This document shows, in pieces, positions 57,391 to 64,000 of a stretch of DNA of 64,000 nucleotides. Under the pieces are notes generated by a model. The model saw nothing but the letters and a program-made list of their open reading frames with translations. It was not told where the DNA came from and did not search any database. Position numbers and translations under genes: made by a program. The DNA is from an uncultured Acidobacteriota bacterium (GTDB lineage Bacteria; Acidobacteriota; Vicinamibacteria; Vicinamibacterales; UBA8438): NCBI GenBank assembly GCA_913043225.1, contig CAJWLU010000001.1, forward strand, positions 32,001 to 96,000. Direction: 5' to 3'. Position 1 is the first letter of the stretch; every line of letters starts with the position of its first letter.

Positions 57391-59454
57391 TCACCGCCGG
57401 TCTCCTGGCAAGGCCAGCGCGATGAGCGACGGGGCCGCTCCCCCACCCACAGTGAGAGCGATGTATTGCGTGCCGTCCAGCATGTAAGTCATCGGGGTGC
57501 CGATAGCGCCCCCCGGCAGGTCGATCGAACTGACCGGCTCGCCGGTGGTCTTGTCATAAGCCACCAGCCGTGGCCCGTCGTCGGTACCACCCGCTGTCAA
57601 GGCGTGAACCAGCAGCGTCCGGGTCAACACCGGTCCGCTCCGACTGTCATCGCCTCCGAGTGGCGGCAGATTCAGATCACGGAGCCTTGGATGGTTACGG
57701 ATGCGATCGCCGTTGCCGAGCGGCGTCATCCACAAGTGATTTCCGCTATTCATGTCGATGGCCGTCATCCGCGAGTAGGGCGGCTTCCACAGCGGCAACC
57801 CCTGCGGCATAGTCGGCCGACGGTTAGGGTTCCCCGCCTGGATGAACGACGCCCGGCCGCGGGTCAAGATGTAGTCCAGGGTCGACGGCTCGCCAGGCTC
57901 GGGACGGCGAAACCGCATCACCGAATGCACGTTCCTCGACGGGACGTAAAGCACGCCCGTCTCCGGGTCCACCGCCGCGCCCGACCAGTTGGCGCCGCCG
58001 CCCGCGCTGGGCCGAAAGATGGTGCCCCGAAGTGAGAGCGGCGTATAGAGCGGCCCCAACCTGAACCCGTCGACCGCGTCGAGAGCCATCTGTCTTATCT
58101 CAGGTGTGAAGTCCACGAGATCATCGACGGTGGCACCCTGAGTGTCGAACGCCGCGGGACGGGTCGGGAACGGCTGTGTCGGAGACAGCACCTCCCCCTC
58201 GAGATCGGTCTCGGTGTTGACCTCGCGCTCCGTGATCGGCCAGACCGGCTCGCCGGTCACCCGATCGAACGCATAGATGAACGCCTGCTTGGTGACCTGA
58301 GCCACCATCTTTACGCGGCGGCCATCCACCGTGACATCGAGCATATTCGGAGCGGTTGGATTGTCGTAGTCCCAGACGCCGTGATGCACCATCTGGAAGT
58401 GCCACAACCGCTGCCCGGTCTCGATGTCGACCGCCACCAGACTCTCGGCAAACAGATTGTCGCCCGGCCGGTGCCCCCCGTAGTAATCGGAGGTTGGGGT
58501 GCTGGTCGGTAGGTACACGATCCCCAGCTCGGGGTCGGCGCTCATATTCGACCAAGTGTTGGCGTTACCCGAGTAGCGCCAGGATTCGTTGCCCCAGGTG
58601 TCGCTACCGAACTCGTCACCACTCTGCGGGATGTTGTGGAAATCCCAACGGTGGGCTCCGGTCCGCGCGTCGTAGGCACGCGAGAACCCGGGCGGCATTT
58701 CCTTGGTGATGCTGAAGTCGTTGATCGACGATCCGACGATGATGGTGTCACCAACTACCAATGGCGCCGACTGTGACGACAGAGGCAACAGGTTTAAGTT
58801 GTCCCGCTCTCCCCGCGTCGCGCGAGGCAACCCGTCGGTTAGATCCACTCGGCCATTGTCGCCGAAGTCTGCCGCGGGTAACCCGGTGGCAGCATCGACC
58901 GCCATGAGGAACCCGTCGCCGGTACCCCACACAATGCGCGCGTCTCCACCGTTTTCCCAGTACCCGACGCCGCGGTGCGCCCAAGGGGCCGGGGCCGGGG
59001 TCCCCGCCTCGTAGATGCGCGGGTCGTGTACCCAAAGCGTGCGACCAGTACGGGCATCGATAGCGGCCGCCTGATAGAGCGGGGTACTCAGATAGAGGAT
59101 GCCGTCGACCATCAGCGGAGTGGCCACGAAGCGCCCCGGACCTGGCCGCGTCACCCACAGATCCGGGTCGTCCGCCTCGAGCATCTCAAAGAGCGTGTCG
59201 GCGGACACGACGGTCGCACCGTGCGGACCTTCGTAGACTAGATGGGTGTCTGCGGTCTCCCAGCGCCAAGCCACTTCAAGGTCGGCAAAGTTGTCGGCCG
59301 TGATCTGGTCGAGGGGCGAGTACTTGCTGGCGTAGGTATCGGCAGCGTAGAACCGCCACTCACCGTCAGTGGCGCCAGGCTGGGCGGAAACGGTCGCCGA
59401 CAGGCACGTCACGAAGACACTGAAAGCCAGCCAGAATGACCTCGCGCACATCAC
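57391..59454 (-). CDS. Quinoprotein glucose dehydrogenase-like PQQ enzyme
   Basis: KYSPLDQI, GGHRPGDNLF, HHGVWDYD and GGANWSG motifs; signal peptide. Confidence 0.9.
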   Translation of the reverse strand: MMCARSFWLAFSVFVTCLSATVSAQPGATDGEWRFYAADTYASKYSPLDQITADNFADLEVAWRWETADTHLVYEGPHGATVVSADTLFEMLEADDPDLWVTRPGPGRFVATPLMVDGILYLSTPLYQAAAIDARTGRTLWVHDPRIYEAGTPAPAPWAHRGVGYWENGGDARIVWGTGDGFLMAVDAATGLPAADFGDNGRVDLTDGLPRATRGERDNLNLLPLSSQSAPLVVGDTIIVGSSINDFSITKEMPPGFSRAYDARTGAHRWDFHNIPQSGDEFGSDTWGNESWRYSGNANTWSNMSADPELGIVYLPTSTPTSDYYGGHRPGDNLFAESLVAVDIETGQRLWHFQMVHHGVWDYDNPTAPNMLDVTVDGRRVKMVAQVTKQAFIYAFDRVTGEPVWPITEREVNTETDLEGEVLSPTQPFPTRPAAFDTQGATVDDLVDFTPEIRQMALDAVDGFRLGPLYTPLSLRGTIFRPSAGGGANWSGAAVDPETGVLYVPSRNVHSVMRFRRPEPGEPSTLDYILTRGRASFIQAGNPNRRPTMPQGLPLWKPPYSRMTAIDMNSGNHLWMTPLGNGDRIRNHPRLRDLNLPPLGGDDSRSGPVLTRTLLVHALTAGGTDDGPRLVAYDKTTGEPVSSIDLPGGAIGTPMTYMLDGTQYIALTVGGGAAPSLIALALPGDRR

Positions 59455-59548
59455 CAGTATTTACGCTCCCGTGGAACTTGTTCGATCAGTCAAGTCTACG
59501 ACTTCGGTGGTCATCATGCCAGAATGACAGTCCTTCCAAGGAGGACAA

Positions 59549-61522
59549 ATGCCCGTGCTGAAGGTCCCGTGTCAGGCTGGAAGATTTGCGGCCTTCGCAG
59601 TGGCTGCCGGGCTACTGGCGGCCGCGTCGGCCCATGCCCAAGACCTGGTCGGCGACTGGCGGTCATTCGCAGCCGACCCGGCCAGCACGAAATACTCGGG
59701 GCTCGACCAGATCACGCCCGACAACATCGACCGCCTCGAGCCAGTGTGGACCTGGGACGCCGCCGCGCTTGACGCCACGACCGGCCAGTCACCCCGCGGC
59801 TTCCGGGCCACGCCGATCAAGGTGGACGACCGGCTCTACGTGAGCACCACCTTAAACCTGGTGGCAGCCCTTGACCCGGCGAGTGGCGCCTTGCTCTGGT
59901 CCTTCGACCCAAAAGCCTATGACTTCGAGACGCCAACTCACGGAGGTCTCGGTAGCCGCGGGGTCGCCTACTGGAGCGACGGGGCCAGGGAGGAGCGGAT
60001 TGTGTTCGCCACCGGCGGCATGCAGTTGCTCACGCTCGACCCGGCCACTGGGGCCCTGGTGACCGGCTTCGGCGACGCCGGCTACGTGGACCTTACCCAG
60101 GGGCTCGGGCGAGAGATCCCGCGCGAGCACTACAACCAGAAGTCGCCCCCCACGATGTGTGGGGACACAATCGTCGTCGGATCCATTGTCAACGACCTGG
60201 GCCTGACGCGCCAGATGCCGCCCGGACACGTCCGGGGCTACGACGTTCAGACCGGCGCGATGAAGTGGGTCTTCCATACCATTCCGCAGGACGGCGAGTT
60301 CGGCGTCGAGACCTGGGAAGACGGCTCGTGGCGCTATACCGGAAACACGAACGTCTGGTCATGGATGAGCTGCGACGAAGAGCTCGGCTATGTCTATCTA
60401 CCGCTGGGCACTCCAAGCGACGACTGGTATGGTGGCCACCGGCTAGGTGACAACCTATTCGCCGAGAGCGTGGTTGCCCTCGACGCCGAGACGGGTCAGC
60501 GAGTGTGGCACTTCCAGGCGGTGCATCACGGCGTCTGGGACTACGACTTCCCGAGCGCCCCGAACCTGGTTGACATCGTGGTCGATGGCGTGCCGATCAA
60601 GGCACTGGCGCAGACCAGCAAGCAAGCCTTCACCTACGTCTTTGACCGGGTGACCGGCGAGCCGGTCTGGCCAATCGAAGAGCGACCGGTGCCCGCCTCG
60701 ATCGTGCCAGGAGAACGACTCTCCCCGACCCAGCCGTTCCCCACCAAACCGCCTCCGTTCGATCGTCAGGGCATTACCATCGACGATCTGATCGACTTCA
60801 CCCCCGAGTTGCGACAGGAAGCGCTCGACATCGTCGAGGACTTCATCATCGGCCCGCTCTTCACTCCACCGATCGTGGCGGGACATAACGGCAAAGAGGG
60901 CGTCATCCAGCTGCCCGGAATCGTGGGCGGCGTGAACTGGCCGGGCGGCTCGGTCGACCCGGAAACCGGGTATCTCTTCGTCCAGTCGTCCACCTACCCG
61001 TGGGTGACCGCACTCGAAGCGCCGAACCCGGACGAGTCTGACTTGGCCTATCGATTTGAAACCTGGTCACGGTCGCCGCCAGGCCCCCGAGGGCTTCCCC
61101 TGATCAAGCCGCCCTATGCCCGATTGACCGCGATCGACCTTAACCGGGGCGACATCGCCTGGCAGGTGCCGTTGGGAGACGGGCCGCGTGAGAAAGTAAA
61201 CGCCATCGTCGGTAACGGCACCGACGTCGGCCCCCTCGGCTGGGAGTCGATGTCGGCAGTCAACGGTAACGCCCCCTTGGTCACCAAGACGTTGCTCTTC
61301 GTAAACCAGGGCTTCACGCCGGATGATCCCGAGAACCCGCAACTGGGAATCATGCGAGCGTTCGACAAGTCGACTGGCGAACTCGTGTCTGAGCGCCCGC
61401 TCGAGACCTCTCCCCGCGGCGCGCCGATCACCTACCTTCACGGCGGCCGACAGTATCTGGTGTTCGCCGTGGGCGGCGGCGACAGCCCGCCCGGACTCAG
61501 GTCGTACGCTGTCGCGGAGTAA
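59549..61522 (+). CDS. Quinoprotein glucose dehydrogenase-like PQQ enzyme
   Basis: AGGAGG SD; KYSGLDQI, GGHRLGDNLF, HHGVWDYD and GGVNWPG motifs. Confidence 0.9.
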   Translation: MPVLKVPCQAGRFAAFAVAAGLLAAASAHAQDLVGDWRSFAADPASTKYSGLDQITPDNIDRLEPVWTWDAAALDATTGQSPRGFRATPIKVDDRLYVSTTLNLVAALDPASGALLWSFDPKAYDFETPTHGGLGSRGVAYWSDGAREERIVFATGGMQLLTLDPATGALVTGFGDAGYVDLTQGLGREIPREHYNQKSPPTMCGDTIVVGSIVNDLGLTRQMPPGHVRGYDVQTGAMKWVFHTIPQDGEFGVETWEDGSWRYTGNTNVWSWMSCDEELGYVYLPLGTPSDDWYGGHRLGDNLFAESVVALDAETGQRVWHFQAVHHGVWDYDFPSAPNLVDIVVDGVPIKALAQTSKQAFTYVFDRVTGEPVWPIEERPVPASIVPGERLSPTQPFPTKPPPFDRQGITIDDLIDFTPELRQEALDIVEDFIIGPLFTPPIVAGHNGKEGVIQLPGIVGGVNWPGGSVDPETGYLFVQSSTYPWVTALEAPNPDESDLAYRFETWSRSPPGPRGLPLIKPPYARLTAIDLNRGDIAWQVPLGDGPREKVNAIVGNGTDVGPLGWESMSAVNGNAPLVTKTLLFVNQGFTPDDPENPQLGIMRAFDKSTGELVSERPLETSPRGAPITYLHGGRQYLVFAVGGGDSPPGLRSYAVAE

Positions 61523-61549
61523 GCCGGGACGAGAGCTACCTGCTCTACG

Positions 61550-63808
61550 TCACCGCAAGACGTCGAACAGGTAGCTGTACTTAAGGATGAAGCTACGGCC
61601 CGCACTGGTGTGCGGAGCAGCGCCAAGCCCATCGGTCTCGTTGTAGACCAGGAACAACCCGGTGTTGGCATCCTGCAGCCAGCCGAACCGGAAGTTAACC
61701 GACCAGGTGTCGGAACTGTCGTTGTACTGCAGCAGGCTCTGCGCGAAGACGCGCGGCGAGAAGTTGTAGGCGATGGTGGTCGACACCAGGTTGGTGATGA
61801 CCGAGCCCAGCGGTAGGTCGATATCGTTCCGGTTCCAATTGAGTTGCACGTTGAGCACCTCCCCCCGGCGGAACCCGAGCGACGGCCCGTAGGAGCGGAG
61901 GGTACCGCCGAAGAACCCGCTATGCGAGAAGGCGGCCCCGACGTTGACTGGGGCCGAGCGATCGGACGTGTAGCGCAGGGTAAGCTCGTCCCACTCGTAG
62001 GCACCCAGTTGCACCGGCACCCCCGAGACCGAGAACGGTCTCACCACTCCCTCCTTCCTGACGTTCCACCAACTAGAGAGGGTAGAGCTATCGTCGAATT
62101 CCCATGTCACATCCATGTGGAGCAGCGAGCTCTCAATGAACCCCTGATCCCGGTTCCAGAACCGATTGAAGGTAACGTGCGGCTGGATCTCCTGGATCTT
62201 GAGGAAGCTCTCTGGACGGTAGGTGTAGAAAATGCCCCCATCTACCTTCCGGAACCCACGCCGTCGGACGAAACCGACCTCTGGGTTGAAGTTGTCACCC
62301 ATCTCCATATAACCGAGGCGCAGCCGCCAGGCCTGGGCGTTGTAGTCAACAGCGGTGTCCCAGGCGTGGTCTTCGTCGATCAGCCCGGGGGTCTCGGTCT
62401 TCGCCGCGAACCCGGTGATGGTGCCGTTCTGGCCGAATCCCAGACGACCGTCGACCGCATAGGTCCGGTTGAGGTCGTTGTTCGCCGCCAAGTCGCCAGT
62501 GGCCTGCCGGTTGACGAACAGGGCGCCAATACTGGAGCGGTTCGGCAGGTCCTGACGCAGCCGCGCCACCCCGACGTTGTTGCCCGCCGCGCCACCCGCC
62601 TCGTCGGTCTGCATGTTAAGGAGACCAATCGTCGTGGAGTCGGTGACCTTTCCCGACAGCCGGGCTCCACCCAGGATTGGGATCGCCTGCCCCCCGTCAC
62701 CAATGCCTATCCGGCGGCTAAAGAAGAGCTCGGTCTGGCTGGGATCATTAAAGGCGGCCCCTCCGCTGTTGGCCACCGTAAAAGCGCCCGCGTTCTCCAG
62801 AAAGAACGGCCGCTTCTCTGGAAAGAACAGATTGAACCGGTCAAGATTGATCTGCTGCTGGTCAACCTCAACCTGCGCGAAGTCGGTGTTATAGGTGGCA
62901 TCGAAGGTCAGCCCCGACGTCACCCCGTACTTGAGGTCGGCTCCCCAATCGCCGGTGGTCCGGATGGCGTTGTCCAGTGACTCGGTGCGCTGCACACCCT
63001 CGCCGACGACATAGGGCGTGATCTGCAGCGTGCGCCAGAGATCCTCCGGCGCCTGAATGTTGGTGAGCTGTCCGGCCATCGACACCCGAAACAGATCAAA
63101 TTGCCTCGGAAGCGGCGACCAGTAGGCGAGCTCGTTCCGACGACGGATGCTCCGCTGGACGTTGAAGCCCCACACCTGCTCCTGGCCAGCAGGGAACCGT
63201 ATGGTGCGGAACGGAATGGCGAACTCCGCCGTCCATCCCACGTCGGAGATTGCCGTCCGAACCTGCCACGCCCCGTCCCAGTTCAGGTTGAAGCCGCCTC
63301 CGGCACCGGACGAGGTGCCTCCGCGGCCCATCCCGCTCCCCCCGGCGCCCTCATTGATCAGCTGACCGTCATACTCCTGCCCGCCCGGGCTAGTGCCGAA
63401 CACGAAGCCGTTCTGCTGGTCGAGAAATGTGTCGAGGATTAGCTGGATGCTGTCGCTGCTCGTGAGCGTGGAGTCGCGACGGCTGTCGCTGATGATGATA
63501 GAAGCCGGGTCGTCGTCATAGCAGACGATGGCGAAGTAGATCGTGTCGTCGGTGAAGACGACGCGGACCTCGGTCTTCTCCGAGGCCGGCTGCCCCTCGT
63601 CGGGCGCGGTCTGCACGAACCCACTCGCGGCCGGCACTCCCATCCACGCCGGGTCGCCAAGAACGTCCCCGTCAATCGTTGGCGCCACGGCCGCCGGTGC
63701 GGCTGCTGTTCGACGGACCTCGGAGGCCAGCGGGAACTCCTGAGCGGCCAAAGGCGCCGAGGCAAGCAGGAGCGAAACGAGCGTGAACTGGATCCGCGTG
63801 AACGTCAT
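61550..63808 (-). CDS. DUF5916 domain protein with CBM9-like domain, paralog of 47963-50227
   Basis: Same NTDFAQVEVD and FFPEKRPFFLEN motifs; start placed at ATG 63808 ahead of a signal peptide. Confidence 0.88.
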   Translation of the reverse strand: MTFTRIQFTLVSLLLASAPLAAQEFPLASEVRRTAAAPAAVAPTIDGDVLGDPAWMGVPAASGFVQTAPDEGQPASEKTEVRVVFTDDTIYFAIVCYDDDPASIIISDSRRDSTLTSSDSIQLILDTFLDQQNGFVFGTSPGGQEYDGQLINEGAGGSGMGRGGTSSGAGGGFNLNWDGAWQVRTAISDVGWTAEFAIPFRTIRFPAGQEQVWGFNVQRSIRRRNELAYWSPLPRQFDLFRVSMAGQLTNIQAPEDLWRTLQITPYVVGEGVQRTESLDNAIRTTGDWGADLKYGVTSGLTFDATYNTDFAQVEVDQQQINLDRFNLFFPEKRPFFLENAGAFTVANSGGAAFNDPSQTELFFSRRIGIGDGGQAIPILGGARLSGKVTDSTTIGLLNMQTDEAGGAAGNNVGVARLRQDLPNRSSIGALFVNRQATGDLAANNDLNRTYAVDGRLGFGQNGTITGFAAKTETPGLIDEDHAWDTAVDYNAQAWRLRLGYMEMGDNFNPEVGFVRRRGFRKVDGGIFYTYRPESFLKIQEIQPHVTFNRFWNRDQGFIESSLLHMDVTWEFDDSSTLSSWWNVRKEGVVRPFSVSGVPVQLGAYEWDELTLRYTSDRSAPVNVGAAFSHSGFFGGTLRSYGPSLGFRRGEVLNVQLNWNRNDIDLPLGSVITNLVSTTIAYNFSPRVFAQSLLQYNDSSDTWSVNFRFGWLQDANTGLFLVYNETDGLGAAPHTSAGRSFILKYSYLFDVLR

Positions 63809-64000
63809 CACCTTCGCCGACGTGGCCAAGCAACTGCGGCATTCTACGCGGTATGGGGCGAGTCTGGAGACCCGGGCCCAGCCAGGCGTCCCCTTGGCGA
63901 AGACGTTTGAGAACACTCGCTGAGTCTCGTTGTTGAGTAAGACGGCAACGGCTCAGACCCCGAACGGGAAGCTCGATGGAAGCCTAGAGCGGCCGGTGAT

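Noticed and set aside
50288..61522. D-x-D motifs (WDYD, LDMD) suggesting lanthanide-dependent PQQ enzymes
   Set aside because: The motif also occurs in ordinary glucose-DH-type enzymes and these proteins are not XoxF/ExaF-like; not diagnostic without structural alignment.
1..64000. CRISPR arrays, tRNA/rRNA, IS elements, prophage
   Set aside because: None recognisable by eye; intergenic gaps are short and show no spaced direct repeats other than the putative CarH operator.

Overview
High-GC bacterial chromosomal DNA, densely coding, with no rRNA, tRNA, CRISPR array, transposase or phage gene recognisable by eye. The gene repertoire (many secreted PQQ beta-propellers, DUF1501/DUF1800, DUF1549/DUF1553 cytochrome, DUF5916, cytochrome c-copper monooxygenase pairs, secreted ankyrin) resembles Acidobacteriota (Vicinamibacteria-like); this is inference only. 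Recognisable functions: ribokinase, 3-sulfinopropanoyl-CoA desulfinase, IorAB-type molybdoenzyme, pcaHGBD, tannase/feruloyl esterase, RND permease, TonB receptor, DASS transporter and FolB. Most interesting signals: (1) a CarH/LitR-type B12 photoreceptor whose three 11-bp tandem operator repeats cover a consensus sigma70 promoter for a divergent secreted PQQ-like beta-propeller rather than carotenoid genes; (2) two copies of a cytochrome c + PHM-like copper monooxygenase / Ig-like partner module, one downstream of a PepSY-TM membrane reductase, plus a PAL-like NHL protein; (3) a coupled methyltransferase-folB-pteridine reductase-PLD-CYTH operon. All calls come from motif recognition, without database searches.
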